A DNA stretch of 61,513 nucleotides from a virus (IMGVR_UViG_3300002171_000009:1-61513), one strand, 5' to 3'. Positions 42,182-53,261 are shown, counted from the stretch's first letter. Program-made: numbers and translations. The notes: generated by a model not told the origin, from the sequence alone.

Positions 42182-42913
42182 CTAATAAGGATATGTAACG
42201 AAGAATTCATCACCAAGCGAACTGTCGGGCGCAAATGTGATGAGAGTCAGGGCGGTTCCGCTGTTGGTAAAATTCGTACCATATCGCATGCGGACACTGC
42301 CATTTATATCGCCGAAGAAAACCTGCACCGGACCAGTGGGAGTATGTGCGAGGGTGAAGCTCTTATTGGTGCCGTTTTGATCGCCCGTAGGAACCTCTTC
42401 AGTGGACATCAGGTCGGTCATGCCGCCAGGATCGCCCTGCGCACCGGTTTCGCCTTTGATGCGAATCGCGGAAGTGTATGTCGATCCTCCGTCTACTGAG
42501 ATCCTGGTATATAGATCACCTTCTATATATGTACTATGCCAATCGGTGCCATTGGCCGAATATTGGTACGAAGGAGTATAGCCCTGTGGTATACCAAAAT
42601 CGAATATAGCATCATTGACCGTGCCCGAATTCGTGACAGTGACAGATTCGCCGGGTGCTAACGTGGTAACCGTGCCGATATCTACCGTTGCCGCCTCGCC
42701 CGCGAACAAGACTGCCGTGCCCCAGGTAGATCCAGAATCGGTCGATATCCTGAGGTATAGGTCGCCTGCTACAAACGAACTATGCCAAGAGCTGCCATTG
42801 GCCGAATATTGGAATTGGGGGGCAGGACCAGTTGCACCAATTGCCCCGCGGACCCCGCCATAAGTGACAGTGATGCTTTTTGCATTGACTGATAATGTTC
42901 GTGAAGAGGTCAT
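42182..42913 (-). CDS. tail fibre-like protein with collagen triplets
   Basis: GAIGATGPA and GETGAQGDPG; two QYSANG..WHS..GDLY.RIS.D.GST repeats. Confidence 0.65.
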   Translation of the reverse strand: MTSSRTLSVNAKSITVTYGGVRGAIGATGPAPQFQYSANGSSWHSSFVAGDLYLRISTDSGSTWGTAVLFAGEAATVDIGTVTTLAPGESVTVTNSGTVNDAIFDFGIPQGYTPSYQYSANGTDWHSTYIEGDLYTRISVDGGSTYTSAIRIKGETGAQGDPGGMTDLMSTEEVPTGDQNGTNKSFTLAHTPTGPVQVFFGDINGSVRMRYGTNFTNSGTALTLITFAPDSSLGDEFFVTYPY

Positions 42914-43236
42914 ACGCTCACATCCTCAATAATTGATAATGTACCATAAACAAGCGTTTCGCGTCGTTTTTCCGTTTCCCATGTGGCCTCGACATCAAAT
43001 ACATATTCACCGAGAGCAAGCGTTTCCATCTTGTCATATCCAATGAAAATAGATACCGTGCCTGCCGTGCCTCCGTTTGTAATGGTTGCATCGCCCTCAT
43101 CAATATCTGGCGTGGTACCAATGGCTATTCGGAAGGTCGCATCGGTGAAATCAACTGGGGTTCCGGATTCGTCTTCAGCCAAAATATCAAGTTGCAACGA
43201 ATCGCCGCGATAATTCTCTATTTCTGCTTCGTCCAT
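42910..43236 (-). CDS. BppU-N-like baseplate protein
   Basis: YRGDS..PVDFTDA..YVFDVE..TLVYG.L.I.EDV. Confidence 0.65.
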   Translation of the reverse strand: MDEAEIENYRGDSLQLDILAEDESGTPVDFTDATFRIAIGTTPDIDEGDATITNGGTAGTVSIFIGYDKMETLALGEYVFDVEATWETEKRRETLVYGTLSIIEDVSV

Positions 43237-43242
43237 GTTACC

Positions 43243-44391
43243 TCACAAGAACAGCCTATATTGATAGAATTCGCCCTCGATATCAACATGCTCGCTGCCC
43301 GTGGAATCGACTGTTGCCACCGCGCTAGATGCTTTTGCGACTTGTGGCACTTCGCCATCATCTATCCAGCGTTCGACCTCGAATTTGATCGAATTTATGC
43401 GCAAATATTTGCCATCGGTGCCCGAATTATTGAGAATTTTCACATAGATGTCCTTCATATATTCGGACTTGGCTAGGACATATTCGGTCGATCCTGACTC
43501 AAAATCATCTTGATTCAAAACCTCGACATAGGAAACATTGTCAGGCGATACCAGGATGGATGCTTCACCAGTTGCCCCCCCAGAATCGAGCGATATATCC
43601 GCCGTCATCTTGACTGGATAGGTCGCCTGGTGCGGACCGGATAGCCTATAGATCGCATAGGCCGCATTTTCGAAGAGCAATGCACCTGATGAATAGGTTA
43701 TTGTACCGCTCTTGCTTACATCTTGGTTGAATTGTGTGATCGATGCAAATGCATCTTCATAGGTCTCTAGGAGCCGATCATCATTGCCTAGCAACTCCCA
43801 AACTTCCTCGGACAGGGCCACATCGCAGATGGTCAGCGAATCGCCGCCGATGTCAAGAGATAGCGTCTGAACCTTCGCGCTATTGTAATGACAAGTGAGT
43901 TGCAGCGACTCAAAAGAGGCTGGAAAATGCCCTTTGCGATTGGATAGATTGGCAGTCTCTGGCAGGGATGTAGCGACCTTTGCCCATCGGCTCGCGCGTT
44001 TGTTATGTGAATAGGGAGAATATAAATAGCAAGTGACCTCATAATCATAGAACTTCCAACCATTGGGGTCGCCCGAGACCTTTGGCGGCTTGCATGAGAC
44101 ACCCCACACATCATAGCACCAGTCGGGAGTTCGCGCGAAGAGTTCTATGTCTGCGTCCTCGTCTTTGTCTGAGATGTAGGCTATGAAGTCATCTGCCTCA
44201 TCTGGATCATTGAACACGACATTGAATTTTATGTTTGTGCCGTCTGGCACGTCCTTGCGGGCCCCGGTCTTTAGGGAGGTCGCACCATCTTGCTTCACCT
44301 TGAAGGTTCCGCCCGATGGCGTAGTATCTCCATAGACTTTCCCGGTTAGGATTTGCGAGCCGAGAGCAAAATAATAAGTATCAGAAGACAT
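43243..44391 (-). CDS. distal tail/baseplate protein
   Basis: Position in the tail module; LYSPY motif. Confidence 0.5.
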   Translation of the reverse strand: MSSDTYYFALGSQILTGKVYGDTTPSGGTFKVKQDGATSLKTGARKDVPDGTNIKFNVVFNDPDEADDFIAYISDKDEDADIELFARTPDWCYDVWGVSCKPPKVSGDPNGWKFYDYEVTCYLYSPYSHNKRASRWAKVATSLPETANLSNRKGHFPASFESLQLTCHYNSAKVQTLSLDIGGDSLTICDVALSEEVWELLGNDDRLLETYEDAFASITQFNQDVSKSGTITYSSGALLFENAAYAIYRLSGPHQATYPVKMTADISLDSGGATGEASILVSPDNVSYVEVLNQDDFESGSTEYVLAKSEYMKDIYVKILNNSGTDGKYLRINSIKFEVERWIDDGEVPQVAKASSAVATVDSTGSEHVDIEGEFYQYRLFL

Positions 44392-44451
44392 GTGGCTCCT
44401 TTACGACAATTACCGAAAGATATTTATTCCAATGATAGACAATGAGCTATT

Positions 44452-44763
44452 ATGCTAAGAGTCGCTATGATTCTATTCGCCCTAATTGCGCCCATTGGAG
44501 CGGTTAATTTTCCGGTCGCCCCATTGGGAATGTGCTATGATGGAATAGAGCATCTGGTAGAGATAGGTGCCTATCCGGGTTCCGAGATAGCATATAACAG
44601 CCAAATGGACAATGGGCAAGGTCACGTTTGGCTCCGGCGGGGCGATAAAATCATAGACTCTTATTGGGGCGAAAAAGATAATTCGTCGCTCCAATGGGTT
44701 CCTGAGGAGACCTTCCAGACGTTTGATGAGTTTGAAAGGTCCCTGAGAATATCGTATCCTTAA
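44452..44763 (+). CDS. secreted minimal transglutaminase/papain-like protein (moron)
   Basis: Signal peptide; GMCYD, GHVWL and IIDS; own TATA at 44421; antisense to the tail operon. Confidence 0.6.
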   Translation: MLRVAMILFALIAPIGAVNFPVAPLGMCYDGIEHLVEIGAYPGSEIAYNSQMDNGQGHVWLRRGDKIIDSYWGEKDNSSLQWVPEETFQTFDEFERSLRISYP

Positions 44764-46433
44764 GGCGATACAAATTGTATGCCCCGGTATTGTTTTACAT
44801 AGGAATCGCTGCCAGTCCATCCAGTCCCATGATAGAGGGTTCTAGTCACCGTGTTATATTGGTCGGATACCGCCGATTTTAAGCAGTGGTCTGTGATATC
44901 CACTGATATATCCCCGCCACCAGATAACTTGATCCTTCCAGGCGGCACGACCAAGTCATTGATTTCAAGTGTAATGAAGCTGGTAGTATCTATTGTGCTG
45001 CCATCAGTATCTTCTTGGAAGCTCTCGGTGTAATATACCCGCAAGCCGCCTGTCGCATAATGAGCAGCCGAGATTGTGAATCCGCCCGCTCCATCTGTCA
45101 AAGCTGAAATGGTAAGCGGAGATTCATAATCCGGTATGGAGCGCCTTAGATATTTCCCAAATGTCGACGACAACGAGAAGATCTGCTTCCCGCATGTCAA
45201 GGTCATCAGGCCATTGCTATAAGCCCATTCCTTAATGCGCAGTGCAAAGTTGCCCACGGATTCATGATAGAGGCCAATCCAGTCGCCTGGCCGTAGAAAG
45301 TAATCGACCTTTGGCGTCACGACCTGAACAGATAGCTCATTGTTGTCTATGATCGACTGTAGAGACCTTTGAACCTCTTCTTGTGTATATCCCGTATTCT
45401 CATATCCCTGGATGAGTTGGATTCCGCGCCAATCCCACCCAGAAACCGCCTGCTGAGCCTCGGCCGGATCGGTCGAATAACTCACGGCGGCCTGCACGTC
45501 TGGGATGTCCTGGTTAGTCAGATAGATCTTTGCATCACCTTCATTGTTTCGATAGGTCCTGATGGGGCTTGTCTCGCTGCTCCTGCCCGGTATTTCCTCC
45601 GCCAGATTAAATCGCAATGTGCCGTCCTGCCAAGGAAGAAACTCCGGCTCCCTGCCCAAATTGGCCACAAACTCATTGATCTTACTGGATGCCTGACCTG
45701 GCAATGAAAAATCAGTTGCAGCGACGTAGGTTCCTATGTCGATTGTGCCTAGTCTAATCCTCGTATCGCACCAATTCAGAGCCATGATCACATAGGCATT
45801 TTCTCTGTACGATCCATCTCCGAGCCTAACATAGAGATCATCGGTCGTGCGATAATAGGTATCATCTGCGGTGGGAATCGCACCCGCGTCTGTGAGTTGG
45901 ACCACTCCATCCAGCCCATCCACAGATCCGGCATTAGGATAAGATGTGCAGCCATGCAGGGGCAATGAGCCAAAACATGATTTCAGGCCGCCATCCGCAA
46001 GTTTACTTACCGTCGCACTATAATAATCGAATGCCCCGCCCGGAATACATCCATTGATCAGAGTCAGCAGACCCGGCACCGTGCTTGGAATGCCTGATGC
46101 GAATACCGAATTCAGCGACGCTGCATGATAAATCATCTGTGGGATGACCCGATAATCGAGCAAATATTCCATGCTTTTGAGATAGAGCTTTTGATAATTG
46201 CCCAAGTCATCCACCTTGGTTATGATTCCATGAAAGATATGGATGCCCCGGACGACAAATACGACTTCGGCAAACCTAGGAGCAGGAGTTCCTTTATCAA
46301 TGTTTATGGTCATCTCATTTGCTTGGATGGGGATCTGAAAATGCCTCGTCAGGTCAAGAAGGCGGGCCTTGAATTTTTTATAATTCGTGCCATCATAAAA
46401 ATAAAAGCCCGAATCATTGACAGATAGCATCAT
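44760..46433 (-). CDS. tail tip/hub protein
   Basis: IFHGII..LKSMEYLLDYR and LRPGDWI; paralog of the upstream gene. Confidence 0.6.
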   Translation of the reverse strand: MMLSVNDSGFYFYDGTNYKKFKARLLDLTRHFQIPIQANEMTINIDKGTPAPRFAEVVFVVRGIHIFHGIITKVDDLGNYQKLYLKSMEYLLDYRVIPQMIYHAASLNSVFASGIPSTVPGLLTLINGCIPGGAFDYYSATVSKLADGGLKSCFGSLPLHGCTSYPNAGSVDGLDGVVQLTDAGAIPTADDTYYRTTDDLYVRLGDGSYRENAYVIMALNWCDTRIRLGTIDIGTYVAATDFSLPGQASSKINEFVANLGREPEFLPWQDGTLRFNLAEEIPGRSSETSPIRTYRNNEGDAKIYLTNQDIPDVQAAVSYSTDPAEAQQAVSGWDWRGIQLIQGYENTGYTQEEVQRSLQSIIDNNELSVQVVTPKVDYFLRPGDWIGLYHESVGNFALRIKEWAYSNGLMTLTCGKQIFSLSSTFGKYLRRSIPDYESPLTISALTDGAGGFTISAAHYATGGLRVYYTESFQEDTDGSTIDTTSFITLEINDLVVPPGRIKLSGGGDISVDITDHCLKSAVSDQYNTVTRTLYHGTGWTGSDSYVKQYRGIQFVSP

Positions 46434-49400
46434 AGAACCTCCTCAAGTGGCAAAAATCGCTTGTATTGGTCGATAGAACCTTTGGCAAGATAGTGATAAT
46501 AGTTGAAATTTGTGCCTAACGCAAGTGCGCCCACCAATTGCACTGCAAGCGTATTTGTAGTATCAGATGTGGGTGATGTGTTGCAGAATTCGGTTATATC
46601 GACTTCCATGGACCCAGAGTCTCCGAGTGCCAAATAGCGCCCCGGTGGAATGGCCTTTCCATTGAGGCTTAGCTTGAGGAACTTATCGAAGCTGCTGACA
46701 TCAAATGTCTGGCAGACATAGATCGCTCCGTGAATATGGTCATAGACAGCTATCCTAGACACTGTATTATAGTCATCAAATGTTTGCGCCGTGGCCGAAA
46801 GGCCGTGACCTATATCCACGGTTGTTGGAGTCGAATTTGCGGTATATGGTCCTTCCCATGATCCGCCATCGAACCTTATAAGGTACTGGATGCTATAATC
46901 TTCGATAGCATGATTCCATTCCTTAGAACCTTTGACCTCGATCTTTGTAATCCCAAATCCAGTATATATGCCACTGACAGAAAGCGTTGCCTCTGTAGTG
47001 ATTGGATCGCCCACAAACGAAGGCCATCGATATAGGCGAATAAATTGCTCGGTTTTAGGGGTGGTCGGCGCGCCAGAATCGACATAAACAGGACTGACAA
47101 GTTCTACATCCCACCCCACTTTTGCCTTGCATGCCCATCGATCTCTTTTCACGTCATCCGCATATATCGTAAATGCCTGACTCTGAGTCAGCCCGGTGAC
47201 AGCCGCTATCTCCTGGCTTCGGATCTTGTTATCCTCCCGTGGTGCTGCCTTGGTATCTCTCCAGATGCCGAATTGCTCATTAACCGAAGATAGTCTCGCG
47301 CCTGCTCGGATGATGGTCCGTTGGTGGCGCGTAGTTATCTGGCGAATTCGGACGGATACGGGTCCATCGTTTTCGGCTTGCACCGATATGTAATCTCCCG
47401 GTCGTAGCAACCATATCTCGTCGCCTGTTATCGTTATGTCATAGATCGTATCATCGGCATCCAGTTTCTCATCTAGGTAATCCTGGAGATCATCGGCGGT
47501 CTGCGTATTGGAAAAGACCTTCGATATCCAGGTTCGGGCCTTTGCCCAATTGCTGGCAACCTTTGGATTATTGCCCAATCCAATCGCCGCATTATAGGGA
47601 GGTTCACTTGGGATGCGCTTGACTATGCGACAGTTGCTTTGGTTATGGACGAATTTGCGCAAAGGATTTTCTGCGGAACCATTCGCAATTTCAACCGCGG
47701 AATCCTGATAGACATTACCGTCCATCTCATAGCGGTATCTAACCTCTTGCCCCATCTTCTTAAAGAAGTCGGAAAATAGCACAGAGGCAACGCCACGCCA
47801 ATCATAGAGGACATTAAGCAGGCGATCCCCGAGATCATTGGTTCCGGGCCGAATGTGGGTATCCATCGCATGATCTACTAGGACGCATGTCGAGCCTTCG
47901 GGCGATTGCGTAGTTAGCGTGCTGCCTGTTATGGAAAATTCACCACGACCGACATTAGCCGGATTGCTGCGCCAATTCAGGCGATATAGACAGCCCTTGG
48001 ATTGTTCAGATGTGAGAACGTGGATTGGAGCAGGATTATAAACCCCCGGATATCCCGGATATAATGCGCCCGCGCCTTTGTCAAATGTATCCTCATTTTG
48101 ATTGCGTGGCAATGAATCATAACTAAACACTGCGTTATCCATCGTAGCGTTCCACGTCGACGGATCTGGTTGCCACGAATTTAGGAAAAAGAATAGACCG
48201 ACGTTTGGATCTTCACAATGAATCCGATGCGAGAATACATCGAATACGTGAACGGTCGTGGCCGCTAGATCTTCCGATCGGTAGGAACGTGGATGATCTT
48301 CGTCCCCTTGGATATAGTACCACACGGGAAAAGTCGGGCAATCATCGGACAACAAATCATCGATATCATAGACCTGCCCATCAAAACCGTTGTTTCTAGG
48401 GAAATAATTTATCCCAGGGAAAATGCGATAATCCAATAAAACTTGCTGAGATTTTGCTGAAATGTTGAATTCGCTTTTGTTCTTATTCTCATCAGCGACC
48501 CACACCAAACCACGCCAGACCATTCGGCCTTGCTCGATTAAACAAAGTTCGGTTCGCTCCGGAATTGGGCTTAAGATAGCAAAGCTGAGATCATCGGCCT
48601 GGATGGGCGATTGTGTGTATTGAGTCAGGATGATAGAGTCTTCGACTGGATTCAAAGCCTGATATTCGATAGTATTTCCTGCTATCTCATTGTAGTATAT
48701 TTCAGCATATAGCTGATAGATTCTGCATGTCCCAAATGAGTTTGTATTCGGGCGGCTTACCTGCAAACCAAAACATATGCCTTGTGCTTCATGATAGGTC
48801 CAAGCCAATCCAGTCGCTGGATTCGTTGCCCATTCTTGGTTATGCTCAATCAGAGCATCGATATTACTACCTATTGAATACTCTGTGCCGTAATAACGAG
48901 TGCCATCTATCAACAGATACGGTTTGATGGTACATCCGGCTTCCCCATCTGCATACCAATTATCATGGAAAACTTCGTAATAATCATACAAAACCTGTTC
49001 GGTGTAGTGATCCCATCCAGCCCACGAAAAATAAACTTTTATCTTATTTATTTGGCTATAGCTAGGAGGAAAACTCGACAAATTGGATGCATAAATCCTG
49101 CTAAGACCTATATCGGTATGATATTTTTCGTCATAGTGGAAAGATGCATCATAGTATAGGACAGCACCATCGTCTGAGTCTTGGAAAGGATTTCCATAGA
49201 TGCGTCTAATATAGGAATTTGAATAATCAGATGTTGGATATATATCTACATAAGAACCATCAGAAAGCCATATTCTTAGTTTTATAGATCGGCATATTCC
49301 AGAATCGCAATCAAGCCATACGCCTGCCTTTATGCTATTTATATCCGACCAATTCCATGCAGCCGAGTAATCTGTGTAAATCCATCGATAGATATCGATG

Positions 49401-49945
49401 CTCGATTCAGTGGTTCCATAAGTTATCGTGCCTGCAAGATTCCGAAATTTGGTTTTTGCACTGCCCTTCACCAGTGCATAGACTGAAATTTTAGTTATTG
49501 TGCCCGCCAAAGCGGGGGTTGTGAAACCGAATAGAGCTTCTGCGTCATTGGATTCTGTATAATAATATCCATAAGGCGCTGGATTGCTCGTAGATCGTGG
49601 TAATGGGTCGATTTCACCTAGTGAGGTTCCAGCATACGCGGCCTCATTATCCCGTCCAAATATGCTATTCGCCGCGATCGCAAATCCACGTTGTAAATAT
49701 ATATACAGTGTGCTCGCATGATCAAGCGATGTGGGAGTTGCCGCCATCAGGGCGGCATTGAACCCATTTGATATCTTTCGCAGATAATCGGCTGTATTAA
49801 GGAATCCGTTGAATGGCAATACTCTATAACCACGATTTCGGAAAGTAAAACTTTCTCGATTATTATATGCTGAGCAAACCAAGACCTTTTCCGGGCCGAG
49901 CGTCATATCCCGGCCCCGAATGATCTTGTAAAGTCCGTCGTTCAT
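46430..49945 (-). CDS. large tail tip/adhesin protein
   Basis: Follows the TMP; VWRGLV..AKSQQVLLDYR and LRPGDYI; NPATGLAWT domain. Confidence 0.65.
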   Translation of the reverse strand: MNDGLYKIIRGRDMTLGPEKVLVCSAYNNRESFTFRNRGYRVLPFNGFLNTADYLRKISNGFNAALMAATPTSLDHASTLYIYLQRGFAIAANSIFGRDNEAAYAGTSLGEIDPLPRSTSNPAPYGYYYTESNDAEALFGFTTPALAGTITKISVYALVKGSAKTKFRNLAGTITYGTTESSIDIYRWIYTDYSAAWNWSDINSIKAGVWLDCDSGICRSIKLRIWLSDGSYVDIYPTSDYSNSYIRRIYGNPFQDSDDGAVLYYDASFHYDEKYHTDIGLSRIYASNLSSFPPSYSQINKIKVYFSWAGWDHYTEQVLYDYYEVFHDNWYADGEAGCTIKPYLLIDGTRYYGTEYSIGSNIDALIEHNQEWATNPATGLAWTYHEAQGICFGLQVSRPNTNSFGTCRIYQLYAEIYYNEIAGNTIEYQALNPVEDSIILTQYTQSPIQADDLSFAILSPIPERTELCLIEQGRMVWRGLVWVADENKNKSEFNISAKSQQVLLDYRIFPGINYFPRNNGFDGQVYDIDDLLSDDCPTFPVWYYIQGDEDHPRSYRSEDLAATTVHVFDVFSHRIHCEDPNVGLFFFLNSWQPDPSTWNATMDNAVFSYDSLPRNQNEDTFDKGAGALYPGYPGVYNPAPIHVLTSEQSKGCLYRLNWRSNPANVGRGEFSITGSTLTTQSPEGSTCVLVDHAMDTHIRPGTNDLGDRLLNVLYDWRGVASVLFSDFFKKMGQEVRYRYEMDGNVYQDSAVEIANGSAENPLRKFVHNQSNCRIVKRIPSEPPYNAAIGLGNNPKVASNWAKARTWISKVFSNTQTADDLQDYLDEKLDADDTIYDITITGDEIWLLRPGDYISVQAENDGPVSVRIRQITTRHQRTIIRAGARLSSVNEQFGIWRDTKAAPREDNKIRSQEIAAVTGLTQSQAFTIYADDVKRDRWACKAKVGWDVELVSPVYVDSGAPTTPKTEQFIRLYRWPSFVGDPITTEATLSVSGIYTGFGITKIEVKGSKEWNHAIEDYSIQYLIRFDGGSWEGPYTANSTPTTVDIGHGLSATAQTFDDYNTVSRIAVYDHIHGAIYVCQTFDVSSFDKFLKLSLNGKAIPPGRYLALGDSGSMEVDITEFCNTSPTSDTTNTLAVQLVGALALGTNFNYYHYLAKGSIDQYKRFLPLEEVL

Positions 49946-52941
49946 ATCTGGTAGTTTGCTAATAGGATTTTCAGTGCATTCGATACCGCATCATAGACTT
50001 GTTGGGAATCCACCTGCACCTGAATGGTGACTGGGATTTTCATCTCGCGAGATTCGTATTGCTTGTAGAATTTCTCCATCTCGGATGATGCCTTGGCTTT
50101 GCTGGTCTCGTCTATGACGAACTTATAGGTGATATTATTGCTGCTGGAAACGCCGGTTATCGCGTCGGTCGGGCTATATTGGCCCGACATGGCTTGATTC
50201 AGCCGTTCACTTGCCGATTGTGCTTGCTGAGTCTGGAGGGCCTTCTGATAGAGATAGGATTCGAATTCCGGGCCACTTGATGCACCTATGTAGCCTTGAT
50301 TGAAGACGCCGCTTGTCGATCCTTCCTGCCAGGCGGCAAACCCCGACATGCCTTCGAATGTGGTTGCGTCCTTGTATTGCTCGGTCTTTGCGGTTGCCTC
50401 GGTAGTATTCTCGGTGAATCGCTCCATCATCTCATTGAGAGTGATCATGCCGTTTTGGTACTCATAGAGGGCGGATAGCTGGTTCACAGAGAATAGATTG
50501 GGTTGCACGGCTGCCAATTGTTCCATAGCAGCGACTTCTTGCAAGGTGGCATCGATGTTCTCTTGCGTGCCGGTCTGATAGAGATCATAGAACGATTTCA
50601 TTTCGGCTGTCAGCGCTGGGCTTGCTATGTTCTTGACGAAATTCTGCCAATTGCCCACGGACCCGAGCTTGGATGGATCAGATAGGACGCCTTTTAGAAT
50701 GTCCGTTGAATTGTCTTCCATCGAGACGCCAAGCAAGCTCATCACGGTTTCGCCCGCTTGGTTGGCAGCCGATTGAATCGCCTCGCCTTGAGAACCCGTT
50801 ATGATGCCATCTGCGATTAGATCCTCGATGCTCCGCGAGAACACGGCCCGGCTCGCTTCGGTATCTAACCCACTCGATAGACCTTCCATTATATTTTCTA
50901 GGCTTTCTGAAAGAGTCTTATCTCCGGTTTCGGCGATACGGTTTGCTGCATTATATAGAGCCCGATCGATTTCATCTGATGTGTTCTCGATTGCATCCGT
51001 ATTTGCATCGCGCCATTTGTCCCAATTTCGCGGAGTGTCAGATACGTCCCACGCACTGTCCAATTTTATCTCGATCGTTTGTTCCCATTTCAAAGCTTCT
51101 TCCGGCATATTGGCTAATTCAAAAATATTTCCCTGAGTACCGCTGATTCCAGCTTCCGCCAAGAGCGCCGTGATTGCATCATCGGTGTTTGGCATTGACC
51201 CAATTACATAGTTCTCTTTTGCTAATTCCACCGAACCGTTCTGACCATCCAGCCACAGCGTATATGTGCCACCCGCTTGAGTCGAATCGAATGTGGCCCG
51301 GAGTGTTTTGCTTGACACGCTGGTCGTGGCCTCGTATGACTGACTGAGATAATCAGCCTTCCCGGAACCGGATAGCACGGGCCCGCCGAGCAATTTCACG
51401 CCCTCTGAGAGCATATATGCAGTTGCCTGACTCACTCCCGCGCTCTGTCGGCTCATCGCGCTTGTCATGGCTTCAGCGAAATCCTCAGCGGCCTTATCAC
51501 CGGCGCGCTCGTATGCTTCCTTTGCCTTGTCGGTTTCCAGTGCTTCGGCGGCGGCGGCCTGCAACTTCTCATTTTCGCTTATCTCCTTCGCCATTTGTTC
51601 AGCGTGCTCTGTGCCGATGCCTGCCCAATCCTTCGCAGCATCTAATCCCATGCCCGCTGCCGTGCCTGTTAGCCCTAGCAATTGACCGGGAAGCGAGTTA
51701 TCCCATGCAGATTTGACCGCTCCACCGATACCGGATGCGGATAATGTCTCGCCGACCTTTATGCCAACTTTCGCAAGATCGTTTGCTACACCAAGCGCAT
51801 CAGACAATGCGGGTATCAGAGTCGTTCCTAACTCGACCGCCGCCATATTGATGGTATTGCTGAACATCTGCCATTCGGAGTTCAGAGTCGAGCTTTGCGC
51901 CTCATAGGTCTTGAGCAGGCTTTGGCCATTCTCCCACTCTTCGTTAGTAAGTCCAAGTGCTTTTGCCAAATTTTCGCCCTGTCCAGCCAATTTTAGGAGA
52001 GCAGGAGCGCCTTCTGTCCCGGCCAATGCGACGGCGGCCTGGAATCGCTCGACTGGATCCGTCATGGCCGCGATTTTGTTTGCTGTTTCGACGAGCGTTC
52101 CGGAGAAATCCTCAGACAAGTTGCTTTTAAGTTCGGCTACTGATGTGCCCATCATTTTTGCCCAATTATCCAGACCGCCTTTCTTGGATGTTTCCGATGT
52201 CGCCATGTTTAAGAATGACTTTAATCCAGTTGCCGCAACCTCCGAATCCATGCCCGCGCTGATCATCACAGTACCAAGGGCCGCGATCTGCGGGATGGTT
52301 TGACCCATCGTGGTATTCAGGAAACTTGCCCGGTTCACGAAATCCAGTACTTGCGATTCAGTGGCGGCAAAGTTATCGCCCATGCTGTTTACGACGTTGC
52401 CAAGGGCTTGCATGTTTTGCTTGGTTACATCGAGATTGAAGGCAGTGAGAATCTTTGCACCAGATGTGGCTGCCTGTTCCGCACTCATCTCAAATCCGAC
52501 GCCCATCTGGATTGCAACTTCTGTGAACCCGGATATTGCATCAGCCGAAACTCCAAGTGATCCCGCCACCTGCGCAACGTTTGCTATCTCACTTGCAGCG
52601 GCTGGCATGTTTGTGGACATGGTTAGCAAGTCACGGGAAAGAGATTGCAAGGCAGGGCCTGATATGCCAGTCGTTTTTGAAACGCCGGACATCGAAGTTT
52701 CCCATGCAGCCGCTGCCTGAACTGAACCAGACAATGCCGTTCCGACCGCGCCCGCGGCGAGGGCAACGGCGGTCATGGGGTTAGCAAGTGTGCCCATGAT
52801 GGTTCCCAGGCCACCCAACTGCGTGCTCATGGTGCCCGTCTGGATGCCGAACCGATTGGCCGTCGAGTTCATTTTTTCGAATGTGCCTAGGTAATTGCTG
52901 GCATCTAGGGTGGCTTGGTAGGCTAGTGTTTCGGCTGACAT
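49942..52941 (-). CDS. tape measure protein (TP901-type)
   Basis: WETSMSGVSKTT..EIANVAQVAGSLG..NFAATESQV..EVAATGLK; 999 aa, Ala-rich. Confidence 0.92.
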   Translation of the reverse strand: MSAETLAYQATLDASNYLGTFEKMNSTANRFGIQTGTMSTQLGGLGTIMGTLANPMTAVALAAGAVGTALSGSVQAAAAWETSMSGVSKTTGISGPALQSLSRDLLTMSTNMPAAASEIANVAQVAGSLGVSADAISGFTEVAIQMGVGFEMSAEQAATSGAKILTAFNLDVTKQNMQALGNVVNSMGDNFAATESQVLDFVNRASFLNTTMGQTIPQIAALGTVMISAGMDSEVAATGLKSFLNMATSETSKKGGLDNWAKMMGTSVAELKSNLSEDFSGTLVETANKIAAMTDPVERFQAAVALAGTEGAPALLKLAGQGENLAKALGLTNEEWENGQSLLKTYEAQSSTLNSEWQMFSNTINMAAVELGTTLIPALSDALGVANDLAKVGIKVGETLSASGIGGAVKSAWDNSLPGQLLGLTGTAAGMGLDAAKDWAGIGTEHAEQMAKEISENEKLQAAAAEALETDKAKEAYERAGDKAAEDFAEAMTSAMSRQSAGVSQATAYMLSEGVKLLGGPVLSGSGKADYLSQSYEATTSVSSKTLRATFDSTQAGGTYTLWLDGQNGSVELAKENYVIGSMPNTDDAITALLAEAGISGTQGNIFELANMPEEALKWEQTIEIKLDSAWDVSDTPRNWDKWRDANTDAIENTSDEIDRALYNAANRIAETGDKTLSESLENIMEGLSSGLDTEASRAVFSRSIEDLIADGIITGSQGEAIQSAANQAGETVMSLLGVSMEDNSTDILKGVLSDPSKLGSVGNWQNFVKNIASPALTAEMKSFYDLYQTGTQENIDATLQEVAAMEQLAAVQPNLFSVNQLSALYEYQNGMITLNEMMERFTENTTEATAKTEQYKDATTFEGMSGFAAWQEGSTSGVFNQGYIGASSGPEFESYLYQKALQTQQAQSASERLNQAMSGQYSPTDAITGVSSSNNITYKFVIDETSKAKASSEMEKFYKQYESREMKIPVTIQVQVDSQQVYDAVSNALKILLANYQI

Positions 52942-52985
52942 GATACCTCAGATAACTATTTATTTCAACGATTCAATGATTAAGT

Positions 52986-53261
52986 ATGACAGAAATCGAC
53001 CCAGAAATCAGGGCAGAACTTATAAAATGCATCGACTCAGGAAATATAGATCAGATAAGAGATATCTTGGATGCGCTTTATGCGGCAGATAACCCAAATA
53101 TCGTAAAGGCCGAATTTACCATCTCCCAAATGAAGGATCTTGAATATGTCAGGGCCGCCATTCATCAGCCAACCATTGGAGCGGTCCTTCGCATGATGGT
53201 TGATAGTTTTGTGCCAGCATTCAAGAAAGGGCAGGCCGAAGCTAAAAGAGCAAAAAGTTAA
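52986..53261 (+). CDS. small antisense gene with C-terminal RHH-like segment
   Basis: Own TATTTATT about 22 nt upstream; VKAEFTISQMKDLE..TIGAVLRMMVD. Confidence 0.55.
   Translation: MTEIDPEIRAELIKCIDSGNIDQIRDILDALYAADNPNIVKAEFTISQMKDLEYVRAAIHQPTIGAVLRMMVDSFVPAFKKGQAEAKRAKS

Noticed and set aside
42547-42812. 20-bp direct repeat TGCCATTGGCCGAATATTGG
   Set aside because: Explained by the internal QYSANG protein repeat; only two copies, so not CRISPR or att.
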